Under the pieces are notes generated by a model. It had not been told where the DNA came from and did not search any database. It saw only the letters and a program-made list of their open reading frames with translations. Shown in pieces: positions 1-9,221 of a stretch of DNA of 32,000 bases (position 1 is the first letter of the stretch; each line of letters opens with the position of its first letter). Both the position numbers and the translations under genes were made by a program. The stretch is from NCBI GenBank assembly GCA_039816955.1, contig JBCBWU010000026.1, forward strand, positions 4,089 through 36,088. The letters run 5' to 3'. This DNA comes from Bacteroidota bacterium (GTDB taxonomy: Bacteria > Bacteroidota > Bacteroidia > Chitinophagales > Saprospiraceae).

Positions 1-433
1 GCATCACCGGCAAATAACGTCCGGGCGGATAACTGGCTACTTGGCTAAAAGTGGCGAAGCCCTGCCTTTGGTAAAAGGCTTCGGCGTGGGGGTCGGCTTC
101 TACTAGAATAGGTTTATCAGCAGCAGTAAAGCTGCTTAATGCCTGTTCCAGAAGCCGTTTCCCATAGCCTTTACCTATGTGTTTCGGTAGCAACCAAAGG
201 TGCTCGACTTCATATTGAGTAGTCGCCTCCGAAATGGCGCAAAAGCCGATAATCTCTCCGTCAACTTCTGCTAGAAGAATCTTTAATTCCTCGAACTGTT
301 TTTCTCGTAAGAGCATATCATCTTTCCAATGCTCCAACCATTCCTTTGGGTAGCCCCAATGTGCTTTGGAGGTCAAACTGATCTGGTTAAGGGCTGGGAG
401 GTCTCTCGTAGTGGCTAGTCGGAAAGCAATCAT
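1..433 (-). CDS. GNAT family N-acetyltransferase (C-terminal end runs off the window edge)
   Basis: Absent from the ORF track because it is open at the window edge. Manual minus-strand translation from the ATG (complement of 431-433) gives MIAFRLATTRDLPALNQISLTSKAHWGYPKEWLEHWKDDMLLREKQFEELKILLAEVDGEIIGFCAISE..VEHLWLLPKHIGKGYGKRLLEQAL..VEADPHAEAFYQRQGF. The HIGKGYGKRLL acetyl-CoA-binding motif-A-like segment and the FYxxxGF tail are typical of the GNAT fold. Confidence 0.75.
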   Translation of the reverse strand, partial: MIAFRLATTRDLPALNQISLTSKAHWGYPKEWLEHWKDDMLLREKQFEELKILLAEVDGEIIGFCAISEATTQYEVEHLWLLPKHIGKGYGKRLLEQALSSFTAADKPILVEADPHAEAFYQRQGFATFSQVASYPPGRYLPVM

Positions 434-670
434 TCTTAGCAATTTTTTATTGTCCATAGGTGATTCCTGTACGGCTTATTTCCGGGGTTGGAATGTATCT
501 CAGCAAGGGGTGCGAGTTCTCGGAGAACCCCGAAGTTCTCCAAGAGTTATCGAGATTTTTGTTAGCAAAATTATAAAGGCTAAAGTATCCGCTTCTAATC
601 CCTCCTAAAGTATTGTTAAGACCTTGCTTGATTGCATTAAGGGCAGCATTTTTAAGGAGAATTCTTACCA

Positions 671-1132
671 ATGAAACATGCTCTTATGAATCGAATCTTT
701 CTTCTTCCCTTTTTCCTTTTTGTGCTAACCACAATTTCTGCTCAAAGCCTCCTTGAACAAATGGGGGGGATAAGTACTAATTTCACGATTATGATCGACG
801 ATGAACCTATAGAGGTGGCCAGTCAGTACATCATTGAACGGATGGAAAGAAGCTCGGAGTCGGCTGGGAAATCGTACCATCTTGAATTTACCTTGTACAA
901 TGTCCCATTAAATGACAACAACCGCCGTTTGCGCATTCCTATGACTAATCGTATTTCATTTTTGGATGAAAATGGTAAAACCTTGGGCTTTACCAATAGG
1001 TCAATTAGTCAACTGCGGATACCATTGGACATGGAGTCTTCCCCGCTATCTAGCTTTAATTTTGATTTACACCAGATTCCGTTAAGTGTCTTACAGCATT
1101 GTCGAACTATTAAATTAAGTTCCAGGCAATAA
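671..1132 (+). CDS. hypothetical secreted protein, paralog A of a tandem pair (no recognisable family)
   Basis: 153-aa ORF with a hydrophobic N-terminal signal-like segment ending ISAQS. It is clearly homologous to the next ORF, sharing AQSL, FTI, EVAxQYIIxR, YHLEF, FLDENGKxLGF, IPL and CxTIKL. The start could be 671 or the internal Met at 686. Confidence 0.6.
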   Translation: MKHALMNRIFLLPFFLFVLTTISAQSLLEQMGGISTNFTIMIDDEPIEVASQYIIERMERSSESAGKSYHLEFTLYNVPLNDNNRRLRIPMTNRISFLDENGKTLGFTNRSISQLRIPLDMESSPLSSFNFDLHQIPLSVLQHCRTIKLSSRQ

Positions 1133-1170
1133 GATTCACCTTCCTAATTGCCCATAAAAAACGCGCTCTC

Positions 1171-1656
1171 ATGAATCGGTTCTTTTTATTTATTAGCCTT
1201 TGTTTTTGTCTATCCACGGCCACCGCACAGTCACTCATTCAGCAGTTGGGCGGTACTCCTACACAGTTTACTATTGTGCTTGACGACCAACCGCTAGAGG
1301 TGGCGGAGCAGTATATCATCAAACGCGCCGTATCCCGTTACAAGTCTGGCTCTAAGCTTGATGGTGGCTATGGCTATGGTTACGGATATGAATCTTATCA
1401 CCTTGAATTTTCTCTAGAAGCTGTTCGGCTCGACAAAGAATCGCGCCGTAAGCGTAGTACTTCAGCTAGTTATCGTTTGGCGTTCCTGGACGAAAACGGT
1501 AAAGTGCTCGGTTTTTCTACCCGTACGGTCAAAGCCTTATTGCGATTTTCCAATTCGGATACAGAACGACTCAATTGCTACAATATCGATCTAAAGGGAA
1601 TTCCGTTAACCATTTTGGGAAACTGCAAAACCATCAAATTAACAATTAGAGATTGA
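1171..1656 (+). CDS. hypothetical secreted protein, paralog B of a tandem pair, with a GYGYGYGY insert
   Basis: 161-aa ORF with signal-like N-terminus MNRFFLFISLCFCLSTATAQS. It is collinear with ORF 671-1132 except for an extra KLDGGYGYGYGYES segment. Confidence 0.6.
   Translation: MNRFFLFISLCFCLSTATAQSLIQQLGGTPTQFTIVLDDQPLEVAEQYIIKRAVSRYKSGSKLDGGYGYGYGYESYHLEFSLEAVRLDKESRRKRSTSASYRLAFLDENGKVLGFSTRTVKALLRFSNSDTERLNCYNIDLKGIPLTILGNCKTIKLTIRD
1366..1389 (+). repeat. short in-frame tandem repeat (GGY TAY)x4 encoding (Gly-Tyr)4
   Basis: The sequence ggc tat ggc tat ggt tac gga tat was read directly. It lies in paralog B at the position where paralog A has no counterpart. Confidence 0.8.
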
Positions 1657-1664
1657 AGCCAGGA

Positions 1665-3218
1665 CTATTCCAATTTTGGTGAGCGATAATAGTTCACATC
1701 CAAGGCATCTAATTGGGCTTGATAAACCTGAAAGCGCCGCTTAAAGTCCTCCCAATTTCGATGTTTCGGTGCCGACCAACCTAACTCTGCGTGCGCCAGC
1801 AGGCGCGGAAAAACCATATACTCAATTTCGTCAATGTTAGTAACCGTCTCACTCCATAGTGGCGACTCAATGCCAAGTATTGCCTCGGGATCTAAACCTT
1901 CTGCTATGGCTTCAGGATCCCATAGATAAGCACTATCCGCTTCAATGTAGGCCGCCCAGTGTAGACCTAATTCAGTAGTGGAATCGTACTGCATATCCAG
2001 GTAAACTTTATGAGCAGGTGATAGAAGAACTTTAGCTCCTTTTTCAACCCCTCTTAAGGCGTTTTCCGCGTGGCGCCAGTACTGCACAACAGCTTCGCTC
2101 AGGTAATCAGCGTGGGAGATTTCATCCCAGCCTATCATTTTCTTATCCGCCTTTTTTACGAAGCCATTCACCTTGGATATAAACGGTATGTAGTCTTCCA
2201 GTGCCGTCACGTGTGATTCATCACCGCCTATATGGATATAGGGACCAGGTGTCATGCGGGCCAAATCGTCAATAACGTTGGCAACAAACGAAAGTACTTC
2301 CGGCTTGTCGGTGCAGAGCGTGCTAAAACCTACCTCGGTGCCGGTATACAATTCTGGCGATACGCCACTACAATTTAGCTCAGGATAAGAGGCCAGAGCG
2401 GCATTGGTGTGGCCGGGCATATCGATCTCTGGTACAATAGTGATGTAGCGCTCCTGCGCATAGCGAATGATTTCTTGATAATCTTCTTCCGTATAAAATC
2501 CACCGGGGCCGCCACCTACTTCCGTACTACCACCGATTTCCGTGAGTAATGGATAGCGCTTTATTTCAATGCGCCAACCCTGATCATCTGCTAAATGCAG
2601 GTGCAGATAATTGATTTTACAAAGCGCCAATAAATCAATTACCCGTTTCACATCCTCAACTTCAAAGAAATGCCGCGCTACGTCGAGCATCATGCCCCGG
2701 TAGGCGTATTGCGGCTGGTCTTTGATGGTGCCAGTAGGGATTTTTCGAATATCTTTCTCCGTATCACTTGGTTCCCCCGAAATCAACTGTATCAGGGTTT
2801 GTATACCGCGAAAGAGGCCCTCCGATTCAAAGGCGGTTAGTAATATATCCCGTTTGAAAATATCTAGGTCATAGTCTTCTACCCCTCGTTTGGGTACCTC
2901 AGCGCCCCAATAACGGAGATAGATATTGCCACGCCCGACTTGATCATTTCCAATTTCGATGGGTAACTCCAGTCCAGTTTTCTCGAGAATGGCTTCCTGT
3001 AGATATTCTGCAAGTGCCCTTAACTTCGGCTCGTCTAATACATGGATGACAGTTTTAGTTGACAGCACAAAATTGCTGCTATCCGCAATCACCTGCCTAG
3101 GGTAGGGGATGAGGGCTTCTTGGCTAAGGTTCGTGGCTGGTTCGGATTGGCAGCTGAGGAGGGAGGTAAGAAGTAGAATCAGGCCGATCGTCGGGAGGCG
3201 GTTAGCAAAAAAACACAT
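1665..3218 (-). CDS. beta-N-acetylhexosaminidase, glycoside hydrolase family 20 (probable lipoprotein)
   Basis: 517 aa with GH20 catalytic-domain signatures: RGMMLDVARHF, HLHLADDQGWRIEIKRYPLLT and the HIGGDE catalytic Asp-Glu pair. The N-terminus LLLTSLLSCQ resembles a lipobox. Confidence 0.9.
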   Translation of the reverse strand: MCFFANRLPTIGLILLLTSLLSCQSEPATNLSQEALIPYPRQVIADSSNFVLSTKTVIHVLDEPKLRALAEYLQEAILEKTGLELPIEIGNDQVGRGNIYLRYWGAEVPKRGVEDYDLDIFKRDILLTAFESEGLFRGIQTLIQLISGEPSDTEKDIRKIPTGTIKDQPQYAYRGMMLDVARHFFEVEDVKRVIDLLALCKINYLHLHLADDQGWRIEIKRYPLLTEIGGSTEVGGGPGGFYTEEDYQEIIRYAQERYITIVPEIDMPGHTNAALASYPELNCSGVSPELYTGTEVGFSTLCTDKPEVLSFVANVIDDLARMTPGPYIHIGGDESHVTALEDYIPFISKVNGFVKKADKKMIGWDEISHADYLSEAVVQYWRHAENALRGVEKGAKVLLSPAHKVYLDMQYDSTTELGLHWAAYIEADSAYLWDPEAIAEGLDPEAILGIESPLWSETVTNIDEIEYMVFPRLLAHAELGWSAPKHRNWEDFKRRFQVYQAQLDALDVNYYRSPKLE

Positions 3219-3262
3219 GATAGAGGTGGTGATGTTGGTCTCGGATTAAAGATAAGCAGTTC

Positions 3263-4399
3263 TTATTTCACCCCCCGATTCCGCACCGGATTCGCATACA
3301 TCCCCAACAAATACTCCTTTCCTTCTTCATACTGCCCCTTTGGTACTTGCGTCAATAAGTCCTTGAAATAGGTAATAGCAGTTTCGCGATCTTGATTAGA
3401 ATAGTGCTGATCGAAATCAGCCCGGCCTTCCATCAGATCCAGGGCAGCGTAGTTGATGGCGTGTAGACCATAATTTTGGTGGATGGATTGATCTATCATT
3501 CCCACCATAGCGGCTAACCGCTTCTTATCGTTGGGTAGTTCGTTGAGTTGATCGATCGATGCGTTGAGCGGTTTGCCGAAGTGGAGGTGTACCTGCCCTT
3601 TTGGGCCAAAGATGCCCATGATAATGTGTTGAATATCTGCTTTGAAAGACTTTTTGTAATCTGGATTCTCCAGTTTTTGTAGGTGCTCCAGTGTCTTGGC
3701 AAGTGCCGTGGGGTCGTACTCGTAAGAGATGGCCACGGGGACGATATTCAGTTCTTTGAAGTGGGCTACTAAGTCGTCCTGCTTGCTCAGACTAAGCATT
3801 TTTAGGATACCTACTTGTGTAAAGTCATTCCCATCTTTAGCCCGACCTTCCCGCTGGGCAATCCAAATAGAATCTTGTCCGGATTGGATCATTTCGTGGA
3901 TGTAGCTCGACATCCGGATAGAATGTGAGTACAGCTCCCGTGGCGTGCCGGAGCGCAGTACCGCAAAGCTCTTATTGATCCGGAAAATGAGCTCCGCCAG
4001 ACGGTGCGTCATTAGGTTATCGCCAATAGCAATTTGGGTGGTGGTAAATCCAGCATCGTAAAGCGCTTTGTTGAGAAAAGCAGAGTCCAGGCCAATGTCC
4101 CGGTGGTTAGAAATGAAGAGGTATTTCTGTTGAGGATCCAACTGTTCCAAGCCGTTTACGGAAATGCCCGTCATGCTATACCGCTCAACAAAGCGCAAAA
4201 AGGGCAGCATCATCTTCTCTTGGAAATCAGCAGTGCTGTGTACCTCTGCTTTGGCCGCCAATAGCAAGTTGTGTATCTCCGTTGGCAATGCCCTTTGCAT
4301 ATGTTCCAGCAGACTAGGGCTGCTAAATAACTCCTGTACCGCAGCCTGTACCTCGGCATCCTCCAATACGCTTAAGCGAATTTCCTGGCCCTCCTTCAT
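3263..4399 (-). CDS. PlsC-family (glycerolipid/lysophospholipid) acyltransferase-like protein
   Basis: Contains FISNHRDIGLDSAF, an acyltransferase block I-like (NHxxxxD-type) motif, and a later IAQREGRAKDG block resembling the family. The ORF extends to 4459, but the Met at 4399 (MKEGQEI) is the more likely start. Confidence 0.65.
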   Translation of the reverse strand: MKEGQEIRLSVLEDAEVQAAVQELFSSPSLLEHMQRALPTEIHNLLLAAKAEVHSTADFQEKMMLPFLRFVERYSMTGISVNGLEQLDPQQKYLFISNHRDIGLDSAFLNKALYDAGFTTTQIAIGDNLMTHRLAELIFRINKSFAVLRSGTPRELYSHSIRMSSYIHEMIQSGQDSIWIAQREGRAKDGNDFTQVGILKMLSLSKQDDLVAHFKELNIVPVAISYEYDPTALAKTLEHLQKLENPDYKKSFKADIQHIIMGIFGPKGQVHLHFGKPLNASIDQLNELPNDKKRLAAMVGMIDQSIHQNYGLHAINYAALDLMEGRADFDQHYSNQDRETAITYFKDLLTQVPKGQYEEGKEYLLGMYANPVRNRGVK

Positions 4400-4594
4400 A
4401 CTTGTTTTTTGCTTGTTGGACTGGGCGCAAAGGTAAGTGGAAAAGCTGGAGCACTCCACACGGACCGGATGAAATTAGTGGGTGTAAGAGTAAACGACCA
4501 GTAGTCTGATACGAGAAAGGCAGAGGCTGACACTAATGGTCAACTTCTGCCCTTACCTAAGTCGCTAACAAGCTAGAGCTTAAAATAGCGGGTA

Positions 4595-5875
4595 TTAAGC
4601 AACCACTACTTTCTCCAACAACTGCCGCCTGCCTGGTCCCGTAGAAACCATCGCCACTGGTACGTTCAGGCGTGCTTCAATTTCTTCTACGTACTGCTGT
4701 GCCGCTTCCGGTAGCATGCCGTAGGTAGCCACTCTTTCCAAGCCGGACTTCCAGCCGCCAAATGATTCGTAAACGGGCTTACAATCCTCATCGCAGAGGT
4801 CGTAAGGGAGCTGTTCAGTCTGCTGGCCATTATTTTCGTAGGCTGTAGCCATCTTGATTTCGCCCAGCTTGTTCAGGACATCAATCTTGGTGACAACTAG
4901 CTGTGTGACGCCGTTGAGCATGATGGTGTAGCGCAGTTGCGGTAGGTCAATCCAGCCACAGCGGCGTGGGCGTCCGGTAGTAGCACCAAATTCGGCCCCT
5001 TCTTTCTGAAGGAACTCACCCATCTCATCAAATAGCTCGGTAGGGAAGGGGCCAGAGCCAACCCGCGTACAGTAAGCCTTGGTGATACCAATGACCTCAC
5101 CAATTTTTTGTGGGCTTACGCCCAAACCGGTACAAACTCCAGCGGTGATGGTGTTGGAAGAGGTTACAAAGGGATAAGTACCGTAGTCAATATCGAGCAT
5201 AGAACCCTGAGCACCTTCGGCCAGGATCCGCTTACCGGTGCGTAAGGCCTCATTGATGAAGTATTCCCCATTTACCAGTTTTAGCTGCCGCAAGCGTTCG
5301 ATAGCGGCCATCCACTTCTCTTCTTCGCCCGCCAGGTCAAATTCTACTTCTGGATAGATCTTCAGCAATTCCAGGTGCTTTGCCTTAAGGGCATTGTAGC
5401 GGTCCTGAAAATCACTGGCTTCCAAATCGCCTACCCGCAGACCATTGCGGCCTGTTTTATCCATGTAGGTAGGGCCAATTCCTTTCAGGGTAGAACCAAT
5501 CTTAGCTTTACCCTTGGCGTTTTCACTGGCTTTATCCAGGTAGCGGTGGGTGGGCAGGATAAGGTGTGCTTTGCGCGCTACAAACAGCCGCTCTGCGTAG
5601 TCTACTCCAGCAGCATCCAGCTCGTTCAGTTCTCGTTCCAATGTGATTGGGTCGATAACTACGCCGTTGCCGATGAGGTTGAGTTGTGCTTCTCGGAATA
5701 TACCCGATGGAATGGTGTGGAGCACGTGTTTTTTATCTTCAAAAACGAGGGTGTGTCCAGCGTTTGGGCCACCTTGGAAGCGGGCAATGATATCGTAGCG
5801 AGGGGCCAGATAATCAACCACTTTTCCTTTTCCTTCGTCGCCCCATTGGAGGCCGAGTAGTACATCTACCGTCAT
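4595..5875 (-). CDS. purA: adenylosuccinate synthase
   Basis: 426 aa with the P-loop-like QWGDEGKGK, then GGPNAGHT and GTTGRPRRCGW. These are canonical PurA signatures. Confidence 0.95.
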   Translation of the reverse strand: MTVDVLLGLQWGDEGKGKVVDYLAPRYDIIARFQGGPNAGHTLVFEDKKHVLHTIPSGIFREAQLNLIGNGVVIDPITLERELNELDAAGVDYAERLFVARKAHLILPTHRYLDKASENAKGKAKIGSTLKGIGPTYMDKTGRNGLRVGDLEASDFQDRYNALKAKHLELLKIYPEVEFDLAGEEEKWMAAIERLRQLKLVNGEYFINEALRTGKRILAEGAQGSMLDIDYGTYPFVTSSNTITAGVCTGLGVSPQKIGEVIGITKAYCTRVGSGPFPTELFDEMGEFLQKEGAEFGATTGRPRRCGWIDLPQLRYTIMLNGVTQLVVTKIDVLNKLGEIKMATAYENNGQQTEQLPYDLCDEDCKPVYESFGGWKSGLERVATYGMLPEAAQQYVEEIEARLNVPVAMVSTGPGRRQLLEKVVVA

Positions 5876-5940
5876 GCGGTGAATCTGTTTGTAAGAATGC
5901 TAGTGCCGCCGGTAGCTATTGGTTCGCCGATCCGCTGGCA

Positions 5941-6288
5941 TTACAATTCGTTGATCAGAGCAAGGGCTTCCTCCTCTGATTGGGTTATCGTAAATAACGG
6001 CCGGAGTTTAGTAACCTCCAGCAGTTGAATGATCTTATCTGAAATCTGCGACACAACGACCGCACCCGCTTGGTCTTGGCAGCGTGCCTGAAGGGAAATT
6101 AGAAAATTTAATCCGACACTATTGGTATAAGGCATCCCTCCTAAATTCACGACAAATTTAGTAAAACCCTGATCAATGCAATCTTGTGCAAGCTGAAGAA
6201 TTTCCCGGTTGGTGAATTCACTGAGCAGGCTATTCACCCGCAGGACTTTAATGTTGCCGACTTGGCTGATGGCGTAGGCTTGATCCAT
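5941..6288 (-). CDS. STAS domain protein (anti-sigma-factor antagonist-like)
   Basis: 115 aa with the SpoIIAA-like layout: KFVVNLGGMPYTNSVGLNFLISL contains the conserved Ser position, followed by LLEVTKLRPLF. Confidence 0.7.
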   Translation of the reverse strand: MDQAYAISQVGNIKVLRVNSLLSEFTNREILQLAQDCIDQGFTKFVVNLGGMPYTNSVGLNFLISLQARCQDQAGAVVVSQISDKIIQLLEVTKLRPLFTITQSEEEALALINEL

Positions 6289-6297
6289 GCCGCAAAA

Positions 6298-6804
6298 TTA
6301 GCGAACTTCCTCCACTTTGCTGTCGGTGGTACCTGCTTTACGGGTACGCTCACAAGCGCCCTGGCATTCGCCGTATAGGTTAAGAGAATGGTGAGTAATA
6401 TTGAACTGTAGTAGATCCCCCATCATACTCTTGATTTGCTGGATACGAGGGTCACAAAACTCCAGCACTTTACCACAGTCCACACAAATGATGTGATCAT
6501 GCTGCTTGTACCCGTAAGACTTCTCGTACTGGGCCAAGTTTTTGCCGAATTGGTGCTTGGTGACCAAATCACAGTTCACCAATAGTTCTAGCGTATTGTA
6601 TACTGTAGCCCGGCTGACGCGGTAGTTTTGCGTCTTCATGTGAATGTACAGCGCCTCGGCATCGAAATGGTCGGTGCGCTTGTATATTTCTTCCAGAATA
6701 GCGTAGCGCTCCGGCGTCTTGCGCAGGCCATTCTTCTCCAGGTGTGAGGAAAAGATATTCTTAACCGCCTCAATCGTACTCTTACTAGCTTCTTCTTTGA
6801 TCAT
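6298..6804 (-). CDS. fur: Fur family transcriptional regulator
   Basis: 168 aa with a winged-helix segment ([26 protein letters not shown]). It has the [15 protein letters not shown] CxxC metal site and a second Cys pair, CQGAC. Confidence 0.85.
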   Translation of the reverse strand: MIKEEASKSTIEAVKNIFSSHLEKNGLRKTPERYAILEEIYKRTDHFDAEALYIHMKTQNYRVSRATVYNTLELLVNCDLVTKHQFGKNLAQYEKSYGYKQHDHIICVDCGKVLEFCDPRIQQIKSMMGDLLQFNITHHSLNLYGECQGACERTRKAGTTDSKVEEVR

Positions 6805-6813
6805 ATTGCAAAC

Positions 6814-9033
6814 TTACTCTATTCTAGTAACAGTTGAGATGTTCGACAAGTTTTTAAGTGCCCGTGTGGCTTGGTTCAGCTGGTCGGTATTGGCTACGAT
6901 TAAGCTGAGTTCTGATTCGAAAAAACCTTCCTTACCGGCGATGTTCATCGAACGAATGTTCAGCCCCATGAGCGATAACTGATGCGTCAGTCGCTCAATT
7001 ACACCAGGACCATCATCAATACCTGTGATCTTAAGTTTGGTCACAAAATTGGTCTGTGGCATATCATTTGCCCAATCGGCCTTCATAATCCGATAGCCGT
7101 AGTTGACCATCAGGTTGGTGGCATTAGGGCAGTTGATACGGTGAATCTTCAGACCCGCATTCGCCGTGAGGTAGGCAAATACCTTGTCTCCTTGCACAGG
7201 GTTGCAGCAAGTGGCCAGTGCGTAGTCGTACTGTTCACCTGGTTCACCGTTGATCAGTAAGCGTGGGGAAGTTGTATTTTCCTTGCGGGGGCGCTTGATT
7301 GGGATTTCCCGTTTTGGCACCTCTTGTACGGGCGGCTCCTCTACCAACTTCAATTTGCCGTGCTCTGCCTTGAACTTGCGGAAAATATCTACAATGCTGA
7401 TACTGTTCATGGCAATCGCATAGTACAGATCAACGTGGCTAACGAGCTTGTAATACTTTACTAGCGTGTCCATGGCTTCTTCGGGCACCTGAATCCGTAA
7501 GTTCTTAAACTTACGCTCTAGTGCTTCGCGACCTAATTCGCCTTGGCGTCTCCGATCCTCCTTCATGGCGGAGCGGATTTTTGCTTTAGCCTTGCCCGTA
7601 GTTACGAGCTTCAACCAGCTTTCAGAGGGCTTCTGATTATTACTGGTTACGACCTCAATTCGATCACCATTTTTGAGTAAGCGCCCCATGGGCACAATCT
7701 GGTTATCGATCTTAATGGCCGTACAGTGATAGCCTACATCAGAGTGGATACTGAAGGCAAAATCCAATGCTGTTGCGCCTTTCGGCAAAACGCGCATATC
7801 GCCCATAGGGGTGTATACGTAGACCTCCTCGTTGAAGAGGCTGTTAGATTTGAAGCTATCCAGGAACTCTACCGGACTGCCTTCCGGGTCTTCTAGGATT
7901 TCCCGTACACTATCGAGCCAGCGCTCGAAGACATCATCGGAATTGTTGACACCCTTGTATTTCCAGTGCGCTGCGAAACCGCGTTCGGCAATTTCGTCCA
8001 TGCGCTCGGTCCGAATTTGTACTTCCACGAAACGTCCGCTGGGGCCCACTACAGTTGTATGCAGTGATTCATAACCGTTGGCCTTGGGCGTGGTTATCCA
8101 ATCCTTGAGGCGTTCGGTAATGGGCTTGTGTACATCAGTGACGATACTGTACACTTGCCAGCAATATAATTTCTCCTTCTTCGGCGGAACATCCATGATG
8201 ATGCGGACGGCAAAGAGGTCATAAATTTCTTCGAAAGGAACCTGCTTATTCTTGAGCTTATTCCAAATGGAGTAGATCGACTTGGCCCGGCCAAAAATAC
8301 GGTACTTGATGCCAATTTCGTCAAGCTGCTCTTTCAAAGGCTCAATGAACGATTCAATATACGACTCGCGGCTTTTCTTGGTTTCTTGCAGCTTCTTGGC
8401 AATAGAAAAATAGTCTTCTGAATCGGTGATCTTCATACATAGATCCAGAAACTCCGTACGGAAAGCGTACAAGCCTAAGCGATGCGCCAGTGGGGCGTAG
8501 ATATAGCTGGTTTCGGCAGCAATCTTCAACTGCTTGTGCGGAGGCATGGCACCTAGTGTACGCATATTGTGCAGGCGGTCGGCCATTTTGATCAGCACAA
8601 TACGTACATCTTCTACCAGCGTACTAAGTACCTTCTTAAAATTCTCCGCTTGTGGGCTATCAGAATTGTAAGCACCGTCAAGTTTGGTTAAGCCATCTAC
8701 CATTTTGGCGATGCGCGTACCAAACTGTTTATGCAAGTCCGGTAAGGTGACGTCGGTATCTTCTACTACATCGTGAAGTAAAGCGGCTACGATTGCCGTA
8801 GGCCCCAAACCAATTTCTTCGGCACAGATTCGCGCTACCGCAATGGGATGCAGAATGTAGGGCTCCCCCGACTTACGTCGCTGAGAAGAGTGCGCTTCTA
8901 CCGCCAATTCGTAGGCCATACGAATGTTCTTACGGTCGGTATCATCCATTTTTTTGATTGACCGTAGCAATTGCCGGTAGGCATTCTGAATCAGTTTTTT
9001 TTCCTCCTCGGTTGAAGTTATTTCTCTTACCAT
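6814..9033 (-). CDS. bifunctional (p)ppGpp synthetase/hydrolase, RelA/SpoT homolog
   Basis: 739 aa with an HD hydrolase domain (HPIAVA..LLHDVVEDT). It has a synthetase core (YESLHTTV..EVQIRT), a TGS region (VYVYTPMGD) and a C-terminal ACT-like domain. Confidence 0.95.
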   Translation of the reverse strand: MVREITSTEEEKKLIQNAYRQLLRSIKKMDDTDRKNIRMAYELAVEAHSSQRRKSGEPYILHPIAVARICAEEIGLGPTAIVAALLHDVVEDTDVTLPDLHKQFGTRIAKMVDGLTKLDGAYNSDSPQAENFKKVLSTLVEDVRIVLIKMADRLHNMRTLGAMPPHKQLKIAAETSYIYAPLAHRLGLYAFRTEFLDLCMKITDSEDYFSIAKKLQETKKSRESYIESFIEPLKEQLDEIGIKYRIFGRAKSIYSIWNKLKNKQVPFEEIYDLFAVRIIMDVPPKKEKLYCWQVYSIVTDVHKPITERLKDWITTPKANGYESLHTTVVGPSGRFVEVQIRTERMDEIAERGFAAHWKYKGVNNSDDVFERWLDSVREILEDPEGSPVEFLDSFKSNSLFNEEVYVYTPMGDMRVLPKGATALDFAFSIHSDVGYHCTAIKIDNQIVPMGRLLKNGDRIEVVTSNNQKPSESWLKLVTTGKAKAKIRSAMKEDRRRQGELGREALERKFKNLRIQVPEEAMDTLVKYYKLVSHVDLYYAIAMNSISIVDIFRKFKAEHGKLKLVEEPPVQEVPKREIPIKRPRKENTTSPRLLINGEPGEQYDYALATCCNPVQGDKVFAYLTANAGLKIHRINCPNATNLMVNYGYRIMKADWANDMPQTNFVTKLKITGIDDGPGVIERLTHQLSLMGLNIRSMNIAGKEGFFESELSLIVANTDQLNQATRALKNLSNISTVTRIE

Positions 9034-9116
9034 AATTACTCCTGCTATTGTGCAGTAGCCATTTCGCTCTTTTGTGGTGCGATCAAAAACGCCCTTAATA
9101 CAATCCCATATACTAA

Positions 9117-9147
9117 TAATGGGTTAAGGGAATCCCAGAACCCATTA
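9117..9147 (-). terminator. hairpin downstream of the amidohydrolase gene (terminator-like, weak U-tract)
   Basis: A 9-bp perfect stem taatgggtt (9117-9125) / aacccatta (9139-9147), read directly. It lies 75 nt after the stop of the 9222-10505 gene on the minus strand. No clean U-run follows. Confidence 0.3.
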
Positions 9148-9221
9148 TAACAAATATAACGATTGAAAAGATTAAATGTGACAATCTACGCGAGGGAATT
9201 CGTTGATAGTCAGCAAAAAAG

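Noticed and set aside
4519-4551. A hairpin ggcaga..tctgcc downstream of purA as a terminator
   Set aside because: It has only 6 contiguous base pairs, an ~18-nt loop and a weak U-tract on the minus strand. That is not strong enough to call.
5375-5860. A 161-aa plus-strand ORF antisense to purA, and similar antisense or out-of-frame ORFs (e.g. 4034-4436, 6982-7260, 7832-8074, 10113-10457, 11011-13468, 16223-16825, 18751-19501, 26045-27136, 31332-31932)
   Set aside because: All lie fully inside strongly supported genes on the opposite strand or in another frame. Their translations are low-complexity (Ser/Arg/Leu/Pro-rich) with no motifs. They are typical shadow ORFs.
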